Below are positions 26,302 through 39,481 of a stretch of 64,000 bases of DNA, piece by piece. The notes beneath the pieces were generated by a model. It made no database searches, was not told the DNA's origin, and saw only the letters and a program-made list of their open reading frames with translations. Where the stretch lies: assembly GCA_951406725.2 (NCBI GenBank), contig OX597825.1:10292001-10356000 (forward strand), read 5' to 3'. This stretch comes from Octopus vulgaris (Eukaryota). The stretch's first letter is position 1, and each line of letters begins with the position of its first letter. The translations under genes were made by a program, and so were the position numbers.

Positions 26302-27459
26302 TCGGAGTCTTTTCCATTGTTGTCATAGATCTTGAAATTTTAAAATTAAGTGAAAACGTTCAAATTTGGTATAGTGATGTAATTTTTCACGCTGTCCCAG
26401 AAAAATTGTAGAAAAGTGTTAATGATTTTTAAGTCTAATAATTTTTATCCAATCAGAAAGCATGATTTGGAAGCTGGCATTTTCTGCGTGGTTGCTGTCT
26501 ATCAGAAAACGAGAGTAAGAAGTTTTGAAGTTCCAATAAGTTTTAATGGATAAAGCCATGTAAAACAATCGAACAGAAATGTAAATAATTTAAAAACGAA
26601 AAAATTCTCAACGAACTCTTTTGCGAAAAGTTACAAAAAATTGTAAATTTGGCTTTAAGACTAGGGGTAAATTTACAGTTTAGGGTTAAGGTTACGGTTT
26701 ATGGCTAGGCTTAATGATAGGGTTTAGCGTTAGACTTAAGGTTAAGCTTTAGGGTTATAGTCAGGGTTTACGGTTAGGGTTAGGGTTAAGGTGAAGGTTT
26801 GGGTTAGATTAGGATTTAGGATTAGGTTTAGAGTTTAAGCTTATGGTTAGGGTTGACTCGTCATCAAAGAAATTACAAACGCTAAAATGATATACTCGTG
26901 GTGGTGGGTCTCTTTACACAATTTTATTTTAGGGATAGCACCATTCTCTTGAAAGTAAGAAACCGCATCCTACTCTATCATACTCTAAAGGTTAAGCGAG
27001 TTGGCTGTGGTCATACATGTATTTAGGTTGAAATAGTCCATGAAAATGCATAGTTCAAAATTATGGAAATGAGGGAGTGACATGACAGCAACCGGAAATA
27101 TCCGTTTCTCAAAAGGAAAGCAGGGGTGAAAATGAGAAAAATGAAGTACAAAGGCCAAGAAAATAAGTACACGCCAGAGAAAATACACAGCAAGAAAATA
27201 TACGTGGTGATGGTCTAAGTAGACTACAACTTTGCTTGTTACTATGGAAACAAGTATCAACATGTCTGTGGCTTTCGATTGGCTAAAATTATCCAAATTT
27301 TTCAAGTTAAAAAGACTTAACTTTTCATTTATTGATTTATGATAAAAGTGAATTTCATTTTCATAATTATCATAAAAATGTAAACCAGTACACCAAATTT
27401 AAAGCATTTGGAACAAAACACAAAAAAATAGAAAGTTGTGACAGCAACAGAAAAGATTC
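26302..27459. mobile_element. Old foldback-like element with long imperfect TIRs and an internal degenerate (TTAGGG)n block (~26660-26855)
   Basis: GGAGTCTTTTCCATTGTTGTCA / TGACAGCAACAGAAAAGATTCT; AAATTTGGTATA / TACACCAAATTT; CCAATCAGAAAGC / GCTTTCGATTGG in mirror order; no clean TSD. Confidence 0.65.
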
Positions 27460-28599
27460 TGGACTTGTTTAGTGATCATGCAACCAGTGTACTTTGTTGG
27501 GGAGAGTACAGAACAGAAGGTATATTTCGTAAAATCTATTGTTTCCTGAATTCTAAGGAATGGTTTCATTGGCGCGTGTGCAACGGTAATTAATTTAGGT
27601 CGCTCTTGATGAATTCGCTATTATCGTTTCGTGTATTCTTAATTCTAACAATGTACTGTGTGATTCATAGTAATTAGTAATAAATTGCACATAAGACTTT
27701 TATAAATCATGTTTTATAATGAAGTCTTCTGATCGAGATTGGCATTTTTGTTTTACTTTCCTATTACATGTAAAGTCATGTTGTCTATTTGTTGTTGTTA
27801 TTTTTTCTGTTGTTTTTTTTTTATCCTTTGAGGCTCTCTAACGATTGCTAGAACAATTCTAGTTCGACTTTCTCCTAGTTTTCGATCTTTTCTTCTTTAA
27901 GTGAAAATTTGTTTCCTAGATAGAAAAATTAATTTGATCTGCTCTGAATCTACAGTACGAGAAATCAAAGAACGACCTTCTTATATTACTGCCATTATCT
28001 TACTGCCTAGACCCTATTGTTTCTCATTCAGTGGCTGAATTGACCGCAATACATGACTGATATCTATTTAATAAGTATATTCGTAAATTTGATAACACCC
28101 TTCCCAATAATTTGTGGTCTTGTCCTTATACTAGAAAGCGACTATATGTTTGAGAAAGTTTGTGTCCATCTTTTCATCTTTTAAAGCTTGAAGCATCTTT
28201 CCATCTTCCTCATCATCTTCTTTTCCCATCTTTTTCTTTCGTTTATCACTAACGACTTCCCTATTTCCACAGCCTTGAAGTATTATCTTTTAATTTTCTG
28301 TGTCTTTCCGTTATTATTGTAAACTTTGCCGCTTCTGCCGCAGTGACCTTCCCCATTAATTCTTCATTTATTGCTCTGGAATAATTTTTACTTCGTTTAA
28401 TTCTCTCTGATACGCTTATCATGACGGTTCTACAGAAAGCAATGCAAGGTGGGTATAATTTTTATTAACTTACATAAATCATTGAAATTGCGCATGTTAA
28501 TAGAGCGCCTCTTCCACTATACAAAAGTTATATCCATCTCAATCTCTACCAGAAGCGATGCATTTGTGCCATTGTTGAAATCAACTCTTGAATCCGCTT

Positions 28600-29040
28600 T
28601 GGAAAATTCAACGGTGTACTACTGCGATTGTTTGTTTACAGTCCATTCCATGGATTAATCCTTTGATTCCCGATCGTAAAAATACAGTCACGTTTATTCC
28701 ATGTGACTAAATAAAAAAACAGCGTGTTTTCATTGGATTAAAAAACTTCCAGTAGGTCAGAGCAGACTTCCACCCTTCTCGCATTTAGATTAGACAGCAA
28801 TGGCCGAGGTACACACTTTTCGATATCCAAAGTCTCCCATCAATTTCTGTAATGCATTGTAACCACATTCCATTTATGCTGTAAGCTCAAAAATTGTGAG
28901 TCGCCTGAAATTAATTCGTTCACGTTTTGGAGATTACGCGTCAATGGTCACAGTTGATGGTATCTCACTCTGTGGTTTGTCTTCCATATTAGTTTTCCTT
29001 CCTTTAAACTTTTTCATCCATCTGTTCACTTTTGTTCTTG
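28600..29040 (-). mobile_element. Highly degenerate mariner transposase remnant
   Basis: Reverse strand gives eroded LGYRKVC and IVTGDETW..YD.ESK..SMEW-like segments. Confidence 0.5.
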
Positions 29041-30650
29041 TAAATAATGTTATCTCTTTTACTTGTTTCAGTCACTTGACTGTGGTCATGCTGGAGCACT
29101 GCCTTTAGTCGAGCAAATCGAGTGCTGTGAACATGAGTTTATTAGTCTGTGAGTGACCCTCATATCCAAAGCATTCGTTTATAAACGATGTCGAATGCTA
29201 ACAAGGACAAAAGAAGAGACAAGAAGAATATCATCCCTTGCGCACACACGCATGAACAAGCAAAGAACATGGGCTACAGTCAGCTTTTGCAGAGAGATAA
29301 GCAAAGTCTTTTACCCGCTTCTTCCCACCTGCATTGATTAATGAAATATGCAGTTAATTATGAAGATATTTTTCGATCCTTCTTTAAAACATAAACTTAT
29401 TCCTTTATTACGACTCTTTCTTTAAGTTTAATCTTTTCCATTACTACTCTCACTCAAAGTAAACACTCAACACTCACATGTGCAAATCATATGTTTCTTT
29501 CTTTCCTTTGCTTTTGTAGTTCTGTTTAAAAATCACATTTCTTCAATTTCTCTCACTTAAATTTTTCTAATAGCGTGTCAAGCACCAATAATACGGAACA
29601 TATACCCCATATTTACAATGCCTTCTGTTACCAATTGCGAGAATGCTATGAAGGCAGGAATAGCAGCTAATGTCAGGAATGAAGCTTGAAGAATGACTGA
29701 GACTGATAGATTGAAAAGAGTCAACTGGAGTTGATTGATGAACGACGGATTCACATTTAACCGGAAAGTGTCAGTCAAGTTACACGGGGTTATCATGGCA
29801 AACAACTACAGCTGCAGAGCAGACGGAAGTCTCAAACAGCAAGACGAGTTTTGACTAGACCTCAGCCATACACACACTAGTAGTAGACATGATGTAATTA
29901 CTAACAATGTAGCCAGAGGAGAGGTTAGTCAGCTTTGCATTCGTCCAACAAGTTTTACTAGTAGTCCTCGACATCTGTACAAACAAACGGAGGATGCGAT
30001 GGCATATGTTCACTGCTTTATACAGCGGCACCTTATCATTACTTTCATCTGCAATTTCAGATGGAAAGAAATTCAAGAAGAGATCATGCCAAGTTAAAAA
30101 TATGCCCACAGTCATGAGCTGCTTAAAACTGAAGTATATAGTAATATTTGGATCAATCAGATAAATATCGTAGAATGGGGGAAAGAGACCTGTCAAATGC
30201 ATACACGCCATTGATTATTAAAGATACTCCATCACTGAACAGTTTGTTTTCTATTAGGAAAATGGTTAGCGAATGTGCATCGCTGCACCAGCTGCTATAA
30301 GTATAACAAGCGTGACATCAAAGACAAAACAATCATAGCATTTTTCAAGCTGTTCCAGTATGGTTTCTTCGAAAGACATTGATGTGCCATCAGGTCCATT
30401 AATCCTATAAATGAAACAAGAAGGACAAAAACGAAGAAAGCAAAATATCTGATATAAGGTTTGGCAGAATCGTTGAAAGACTCCAACTGACTTGAATCGT
30501 TACTGTTATTGATTCTCTATAAAATACGAATTTCCAAATTCATTTAAAGATCTTCAGTGGTGAAGTTTGCTTCACCAACAGAGAGAAATGCTTTGAACTT
30601 GCATCTTTATAATATTGTGTCTGGCGGGATGTAACAGTGTTAGAAACTAT

Positions 30651-31059
30651 GGATCTTTTCAGTTTGAACGGCAGTTTTTAACATAATTTCTAGGTAACTA
30701 AAAAATTTTAAACTTCGTATACTGGTAGAATGTGTTTATAAAACATCTTTTTCTCTTCGCTTTATTGAGAAAATTCTATAGTTTGTAAGATATTTGTTGT
30801 TTTTTTCTTCAATTTCTGCAATTTCAACCAATCACTAACGTCTATTGAGTAAAAAACATTCTGTGCCGTATGAATATGTCCCTCGTTTAAGAAATAGATT
30901 GGGTTTATTTACATTTGGGAAGAAAAAAAGATACCCTTCCTTCCACCCCTAACCCTAAAATAGATTGAAATGCAATAGATCGATACCAGGGTCATAATTA
31001 TGGGTGACAATTTCATATGACACCGCTAGAAAAAACTGCCGTTCAAAGCGAAAAGATTC
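30651..31059 (+). mobile_element. MITE copy 2 (Merlin-like)
   Basis: Same TIR and body as copy 1; 8-bp TSD GAAACTAT at 30643-30650 and 31060-31067. Confidence 0.9.
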
Positions 31060-31993
31060 GAAACTATCGTATCTTTCGAATTCTCAGTGAAAAAATATTG
31101 GAAGAGAATTTTTCGGTGTGATTTGAACTCGGAATGTGCACATCACAAAAAAAAAATGTAAGGTGTACTACCGATTCTAAAAAAGTTATTTCTTGTGTTA
31201 CGATGGAATGCATTTTTAAAACTTGGAATAAGATTTGTAATTAGGCTTACGCATGTGAGTGAATTAATGTAGTTTTACCTCTGTGGGAAGTTGGCACTGG
31301 TAACAGGTGGATACAATCCTTCACAAATAGTCTTTCGTCTTTCGGAAACGGGATATGTTAATTGAAAAAAATATATATAGAAACCAAAGGAAAATTAATG
31401 ACAAAACGAATCTTCCGCGAACAGACACACAGAAGAAAACAAGATGCGAAAAAAAAAACAGTTACTGAGAATTAAATAGAGATTTATTCAAATATCACGA
31501 AAGAAAAGAACTAATTTATTTATAATTGTGTATGTATGTATGTATGTGTGTGCGTGTGCGTGCGCGTGTGTGTTGATTTTATAGAATGACTCGATTCAAT
31601 CTAAAACTTTTTTTCCGAAAAGAACGATTACAGATTAGTTTCTATTCTCATTAGGCACTTTTACTGCCTCTTTTAAGAGTAGAATTGGTAGAGCTTCAAG
31701 CACAATACTGTGTGTTTCATCTCCTTACGTTCTGTGTTCAACTCCCAATAAGCTCAACTTTCCTTTTCATTCTTCTGGCATCGACAAAATAAAGTTCCAG
31801 TCGATGCTATTGACTAACCTTCTTTCTCCAAATTTAAAGCTTTTTTTTTTATCTACATTAGAAACTTTCATTACTGATAGCAGAAATACTTCCCTCCGGG
31901 CGGTTTTCTACTGGGGTATCTCCTGCTTACTTGTAGGAAAGTGCAATAATGTGCATTTCTGCGTACATATAAACATACATACATACATAAATT

Positions 31994-32223
<230 letters not shown>

Positions 32224-32575
32224 GAAAAACAAAAGACGAAGAACGGTGTACGAACAACAAACAAGTATATTAGTTTGATGCTCAGGAAAAAATGAAAAGT
32301 CTTTTATGTTTCGAGCCTACGCTCTTCAACAGAAAGGAATTAGAGAAAATAAACAGAGAGAGAATGAAAAAATTTGTTGTGTTCAGCGGTCCGACATCGC
32401 GAATTTTAGATTACTAGCCACTACACATTCTTTATTTTCTCTCCTTGTTTCTTTCTGTGTTCATTTCTGTGGAAGAGCGTAGGCTCGAAACGTTAAAGAC
32501 ATTTTCACTTCCCGAACATTATACTAATACATCAGTTTGTTGTCTACACCTCCAGTCTTCGTCTTTTGTTTTCTT
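32224..32575. mobile_element. Head-to-head inverted duplication resembling Penelope-like pseudo-LTRs, with a degenerate hammerhead in each arm (32301-32336 minus; 32463-32498 plus)
   Basis: AAAAGACGAAGA...GTTTCGAGCCTACGCTCTTC mirrored by GAAGAGCGTAGGCTCGAAAC...TCTTCGTCTTTT; cores CUGUUGA and CUGUGGA, helix II GAGC/GCUC, GAAAC(G/A)U. Confidence 0.72.
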
Positions 32576-32663
32576 TTTTGTGAATTCTCCCTATATATAT
32601 ATTATTTACATTTTTTACATTATTTACATTTGACGGATATTTGTCCTCTCTTGTTTTTTTACT

Positions 32664-32709
32664 AACACAACGTTTCGGCTGATATACCCTCCAGCCTTCA
32701 TCAGATATC
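32664..32709 (-). ncRNA. Minimal type I hammerhead ribozyme motif with canonical core
   Basis: GAUAU-CUGAUGA-A-GGCUG-GAGGGUAUAU-CAGCC-GAA-ACGU-U-GUGUU; helix I held partly by G.U pairs. Confidence 0.75.
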
Positions 32710-33243
32710 TTGGGGGAAATTTCGAAACTGGGTTCTCATTCCTAAGGTATTTTTCGATATTTTTCTTTCTATAAATACAGTAGGCCTTTTTATAAATGCA
32801 CTAGGCCATGTGCCTACACTGTTATGCATGAAGATTTCGGTAATTTTCAAACCAAACACTATTAGCTTTTGTTTGAATTCACTGGAGTTCAGTTCCCTTT
32901 CCTCTGTTATTTCAGTATGATGCCAAACCGCAAATTATTACCCATGGCAACAGTACAACAAGTGCACAATTCAGTCTCTCAGCTGACAGCTATTTAGCAA
33001 TGCACACATACCCGCAACGTTTTTTTTTCTTTTTCCATTCAATGGCATTAAATGTCTCCGCTCGTTATTTCTTTGGCCTTTTAGCGAGCTCCCGCGGCGA
33101 GAAACTCAGTAAAATGAATCACCATATGACAATAATCTTTGTCACAGGTATTGAGTTCTTGTCAATTTTTGTAATCCCAAACACAGTTACAAACGCACAC
33201 ACACACGCGCGCGCATACCCATATATGATAAACATATATTAAA

Positions 33244-34028
33244 GGCGACGAGCTGGTAGAAACATTAGCACGCCGGGCGAAATGCGTAGCCGTATTTCGT
33301 CTGCCGTTACGTTCTGAGTTCATATTCCGCCGATATCGACTTTGCCTTTCATCCTTTCGGGGTCGATAAATTAAGTACCAGTTGTGCACTGGGGTCGAAG
33401 TAATCGACTTAATCCGTGTGTCTGTCCTTGTTTGTCCTCTCTATGTTTAGCCCCTTGTGGGTAGTAAAGAAATAGGTATTTCGTCTGCCGTTACGTTCTG
33501 AGTTCAAATTCCACCGAGGTCGACTTTGCCTTTTATCCTTTCGGGGTCAATTAAGTAAGTACCAGTTACGCACTGGGGTCGATTTAATCGACTTAATCCG
33601 TTTGTCTGTCCTTGTTTGTCCCCTCTGTGTTTAGCCCCTTGTGGGTAGTAAAGAAATAGGTATTTCGTCTGCTGTTACGTTCTGAGTTCAAGTTCCGCCG
33701 AGGTCGACTTTGCTTTTCATCCTTTCGGGGTCAATAAATTAAATACCAGTTATGCACTGGGGTCGATGTAATCAACTTAATCCGTTTGTTTGTCCTTGTT
33801 TGTTCTCTCTGTGTTTAGCCCCTTGTTGGTAGTAAAGAAATAGGTATTTCGTCTGCCGTTACGTTGTGAGTTCAAATTCCGCCGATGTCGACTTTGCCTT
33901 TTATCCTTTCGGGGTCAATTAAATAAGTACCAGTTACGCACTGGGGTCGAGGTAATCGACTTAATCCGTGTGTCTGTCTTTGATTGCCCCCTCTGTGTTT
34001 AGCCCCTTGTGGGTAGTAAAGAAATAGG
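33244..34028 (+). mobile_element. SINE-A tetramer: one tRNA-like head plus four 184-bp body units
   Basis: Unit starts at 33292, 33476, 33660 and 33844, end at 34028; flanking duplication CATATATGATAAACAT at 33220-33235 and 34034-34049. Confidence 0.93.
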
Positions 34029-34679
34029 ATACACATATATGATAAACATCTACGCAATCCTTACATACACACACATGAAGCATGTATATATACAGACAGA
34101 CCGACAGACTGACATACAGACATGTAACGTATCTGTGTGAAGCAAAGATAGAAAGATTCGTACAAATAATCTTATATATATTATCCTCTTCTCGCATGCA
34201 CAGCCAACAACTTCAAAACAGTTTCCAGCGATTTGATAAATTGTCAATGAGAAATAACACGGAATATCGCTATTTTTCTAAAAACTCTGCCAATTCTTTT
34301 ATATTTTGCTGTGTTTTCCGCCTGTCTTTATTAACAACAACGATACTAACTATCTGGCAATATTCCGATCTCTTCATAATGTCACAATAAATCACCGGGA
34401 ACATATTTAAGAGAGAAACAAGTAGGTTATATGGACAAGATTAGTATTATTAATATGATTAGTATGATGATGGCTGCGAGTTAGTCGAAAAGTTTGCACG
34501 CCAGGAAAAACTCTTAACGGCATTTCGTCTGTCTTATGTTCTGAGCTCAAATACTGCTGAGGTTGACTTTTCATCTTCTCGGGCTCGATAAAATAGGTAC
34601 CAGTTGACCACTGGGGTCGACGTAGTCGATTTACCCTACCCCCGAATTGCTGGCCCAATACCAAAATTTGTTGCCAATA

Positions 34680-35070
34680 TTCTTTTATACTATAGTCACA
34701 AGGCCCGAAATTTTGGGGGAGGAAGCCAGTCGATTAGATCAACCTCAGTGTGTAACTGGTACTTAACTTATCAACCCCTAAAGGATGAAAGGTAAAGTCG
34801 TCCTCGGCGGAATTTGAACTCAGAACGTAGCGGCAGACGAAATACCTATATCTTTACTACCCATAAGGGGCTAAACACAAAGAGGACAAACAAGGACAGA
34901 CAAACGGATTAAGTCGATTAGATCGACCTCAGTGCGTAACTGGTACTTATCTAATCGACCCCGAAAGGATGAAAGGCAAAGTCGACCTCGGCGGAATTTG
35001 AACTCAGAACGTGGCGGCAGACGAAATACCGCTAAGCATTTTGCCCGGCGTGCTAACGTTTCTGCCAGCT
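34680..35070 (-). mobile_element. SINE-A dimer, flanked by diverged plus-strand relatives (~34478-34675, ~35098-35300)
   Basis: Family A sequence; junction GACGAAATACCTATATCTTTAC at ~34837-34858. Confidence 0.85.
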
Positions 35071-35311
35071 GTAGCCAATATTAACTGGACTAAGATGACG
35101 AGCTGCAAAATTATCAGTTCGCCGGACAAAATGCTTAGTGGTTTTTCTTCCGACTTTACATTGCGGATTGAAATGCCGCTGGGCTCGACTTCCCTTTTAA
35201 TCCTTTCGGGTGTCAATAAAATAAGCACCAGCTGAGCACTTGTGGTCAATGTAATCAACATACTTTACCCAACGAAATTGCTGGCCTTGCACCAAAAATG
35301 TGTGTGTGTGT

Positions 35312-35370
<59 letters not shown>

Positions 35371-35562
35371 CTACAAGACACAGAACTTGATTTCATACAA
35401 TAACAAGCCATGTTAATTGACATAATGTGCCTTGATATTTATTCTTTCCTTAATATCAGAAAAGAAAGTCTTTGTTGGAATTTCATTCCCAAAGTGTTGT
35501 TTAAGTATTGTTCAGTATTGTTTAAAACAATATTTTCTATATGATCAACCCTTACTAGAAGT

Positions 35563-35606
<44 letters not shown>

Positions 35607-35689
35607 TACACACATGCATACATACATGCATATATTAATATATGTATGTGTGTATACATATATATCCATGCATGTATGGTTATATGAGA

Positions 35690-35836
35690 TATGTAACACA
35701 CTGCCGCATGAATACCATTCTTGAGAAATTAGGCTTATCAAAACCAGAAAGGAGAAAACTAATTCGAAGACCACAGATCCAATCCATCACTGGAACTGTA
35801 AAAATCTGTAAAACTTTCCCGAAGTTTATCATTTAA
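35690..35836 (+). mobile_element. 3' tip of an RLE-type LINE (second family; related fragment at ~50545-50715)
   Basis: YVTH...LEKLGLSKPERRKLIRR.QIQSITGTVKICKTF; the 50545 copy has IIIGAL.YV; flanked by TA-rich microsatellite. Confidence 0.55.
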
Positions 35837-36349
35837 ATATATATGAGCATGTCCAGATATGCTACTGTATGCATGAGAATACATACATAAAACATACAAA
35901 TCTGCACATACATACATACATACATATATACATACATACATATATACATACATAAATACATAGCCTGTTGTTGATGTTGAAATTCCAATGAAGGAACCTT
36001 GGATCTAGGTTAGAAACCGGTCCTTCTCTATTGGCGAGAAATCTTCAAATAAACTGAATAATGACATACATATTCTTTTATTCTTTTACTTGTTTCAGTC
36101 ATTTGACTGCGGCCATGCCTTTAGTCGAACAAATTGACCCCAGGACTAATTCTTTGTAAGCCTAGTTTTTATTATATCGGTCTCTTTTGCCGAACCATGG
36201 CAGGATTACTCATTTTTACTTACTAAATGGTCTGGAGCAACGGGAAATTAAGTATTTTGCTGAAGAACACAACACATCGCCCTGTCCAGGAATCGAAACC
36301 ACAATCTTACGATCATACGCCACTCGCCTCCACACACATACACACACAC

Positions 36350-36387
<38 letters not shown>

Positions 36388-36949
36388 CATGAGAATGAGA
36401 ATGGAGTGAGATGACCATTTCGTTTTATTGCATAATTCTATAATTATTCCATCGATATTTTACCATAAGATTATTACTGCATTATTATTATATATTATGT
36501 CAGTATTATTTTACCAATACAGGAAAATATCGATACGTCAGGTTCCTGTATAAATCGATTGAAGATGCTCTTATCATTTCATTAGCATATCATAGTTGAA
36601 ACGAAAAACAAATACAAAATAAACAACAAATCTAAATCACCCGGTCAAAAAATGAATTGAATCGAAGAGAACAAATTAAGGGGAAAATGAATAACTGAAG
36701 AAATTATCACATAAAACAGATAAGACGATATATCTTTGTTTCTCCAGAACCACACATCTACTGTAGGTTTATAAGCGGGCTGCTAGGAAAAAATATTTAT
36801 GATGTACTTTCACTTTCACATACACACAGAAATGGACATTTTTCTAGGCGGATAAAATAAGCTATTTCTTGGCTGTGTTTTTTTCTGAAGTAATGAATTA
36901 TAAGCCATGCAAATAAAGGAAATGATGTAGAATGTTGTAGGAATATTTT

Positions 36950-37158
36950 CTATTCTAGGCACAAGGCCCGAAATTTTTTTGGGGGAGGGAGCCAGTCGAT
37001 TAGATCGACCCCAGTACGCAACTGGTACTTAATTTCGACCCCGAAAGAATGAAAGGCAAAGTCGACCTCAGCGGAGTTTGAATTCAGAACATAAACACAG
37101 ATGAAATATTGTTAAGTATTTCGCCCGGCGTGCTAACGTTTCTGCCAGCTTGCCGCCT
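36950..37158 (-). mobile_element. SINE-A variant with an alternative tail
   Basis: Family A head and body with tail ...AAATTTCGGGCCTTGTGCCTAGAAT. Confidence 0.82.
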
Positions 37159-37294
37159 TAGAATGTTCAAGGAATGAGAAACCAATTGTCAAGCCGTTAT
37201 ATCTATATTTCTTATTTCTTTTATTTAAATCATTAGACTGTGGCATGATGGGATACCGCCTTGAAGAACTTTTCGCAGTTGAATGAATTAATCT

Positions 37295-37676
37295 TATTAT
37301 CTGAAAGTTTTGGTTTTCTTCCGGAGTTTTGTTTCGACGAAAGAGAATGTTTTTTCCCTCTTTCTCAAAGGCTTTCATTACTTTCGAGATAGTACCTCTT
37401 GATACATCAAACATTTCGGCTGTTATCGTTACGCTAGCGCCTGCCATACGAGCACCAACAATTTGACCTCTTTGAAAGTCCAATAGATCTGTCATTTTAA
37501 TGAATTTTAATTACCTTTATCTGATGATATCTGAAAAGAAACAGCAAGTTTAGCAAAACATATAAAGCAACACTAATAATAAATCAAAAAACATAAAAAT
37601 AAACAAGCATTTGACGGTTTTATAGATATTTCAAAATTATGATGCTAGGTGTTTCCATTCTTTTCTCCAACCCCTG
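37295..37676 (-). mobile_element. Tc1-like transposon 5' fragment (TIR plus paired-like HTH start)
   Basis: TA|CAGGGGTTGG... end at 37676; MTDLLDFQRGQIVGARMAGASVTITAEMFDVSRGTISKVM. Confidence 0.85.
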
Positions 37677-38416
37677 TATATATGCGTAAGTATCCGCATT
37701 GGTGAGTGAATGGCTTCATAGTTTCTATTAAGCGAATGATTGTTGTTGATGCTCTACCGATGGTATCGCATCAACACCAAAGTTTCATGCTGAAACTTAG
37801 CAATTTTTTAATCCATAGATTGAATACCACTGATATAGCAGCCACATTTGCGTGATTCCATGAAAAGATGTATTTTTATGGTTGTAAATTTATGTGTTGT
37901 TCTACCTGGTCTCTATCCTGTAATCTTTATACAAAAAGTTAATTTTTGATATGTACTGTTCACGTAGACAACACCCAGTGAAATATAAATTTTATAGTCT
38001 TGTGAAAGGGAGGTGTATCTGAAATATTCTTATAACTTCCTACATTGGAAATATCACAAACCTCTCTGCATGTACGAGTTTAACGGTTTCAAACGTGAAC
38101 CAGAAGTTCATTAGTTTGTGATGGATATACTTCTTTATGTACAAATGGGCTGTATGTATTTTTATATACATACATGCACATAGTTTTTCTGGTATTAGGC
38201 TTATATATACGATTGCTACTGGTGAATTTAGAGAGGAAACAAATGATATAACCTGGATTTTGTCTTCTCTTCGAACTCACCAGTGGCAGTTATATATGTT
38301 ACTGTGCACAAAAGAAATGCTGTACGTGGGTGTGTATGTATGTATGTTTATATACGTGTATGTATATATATTTATACGTATACATACACACACATACATG
38401 CACATTTTATGGACGA

Positions 38417-38642
<226 letters not shown>

Positions 38643-38648
38643 TACATA

Positions 38649-38719
<71 letters not shown>

Positions 38720-39086
38720 AAGAAAGAGGAAGAGACAAAGCCGTACAACTTCGAATTTTGAGAATTTTTATTTTATATTGCAAACGTTAAACAAGCTTAG
38801 CTGGACAGATATGTGGAATAGTCTATGCACTCTGAATTCAGTTTTGTTGAGATAAATCTGCCTGTCACAGAAATATAGAACGTTTCTCACAGGTTATGTC
38901 ATAATAAAGAAGGAGAGTATAATGATGAAATCTTCGTATATGATTCGGTGTATAGAGTTCAGCTAATACACGCCCACATACAAACATGCAGATATTCATT
39001 TATATATATATACACACACACATATATACATACATATGTGTGTGTGTGTGTGTGTGTGTTTTATATATATGGAAATATATATAAAT

Positions 39087-39142
<56 letters not shown>

Positions 39143-39219
39143 GAATGTATTTTTCCCTTGTTAACATTGCTTTACACTATTTATTCCTTTGGAATAATAT
39201 CTGTGCAATCTATATATAT

Positions 39220-39481
39220 GGCGCAGGAGTGGCTGTGTGGTAAGTAGCTTGCTTACCAACCACATGGTTCCGGGTTCAGTCCCACTGCGTGGCATCTTGG
39301 GCAAGTGTCTTCTACTATAGCCTCGGGCCAACCAAAGCCTTGTGAGTGGATTTGGTAGACGGAAACTGAAAGAAGCCCGTCATATATATGTATGTATATA
39401 TATGTGTGTGTGTGTTTGTGTGTCTGTGTTTGTCCCCCTAGCATTGCTTGACAACCGATGCTGGTGTGTTTACGTCCCCGT
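39220..39481 (+). mobile_element. SINE family B, 3'-truncated
   Basis: GGCGCAGGAGTGGCTGTGTGG A-box-like, GGTTCAGTCCC B-box-like, CTTGGGCAAGT CORE-like motif, internal (TA)/(TG) tract. Confidence 0.88.

Noticed and set aside
26660-26855. True telomere or chromosome-fusion site
   Set aside because: Degenerate, single orientation, and embedded in an inverted-repeat element.
33244-34028. CRISPR-like or satellite array
   Set aside because: No unique spacers, eukaryotic context, and the units are SINE bodies.
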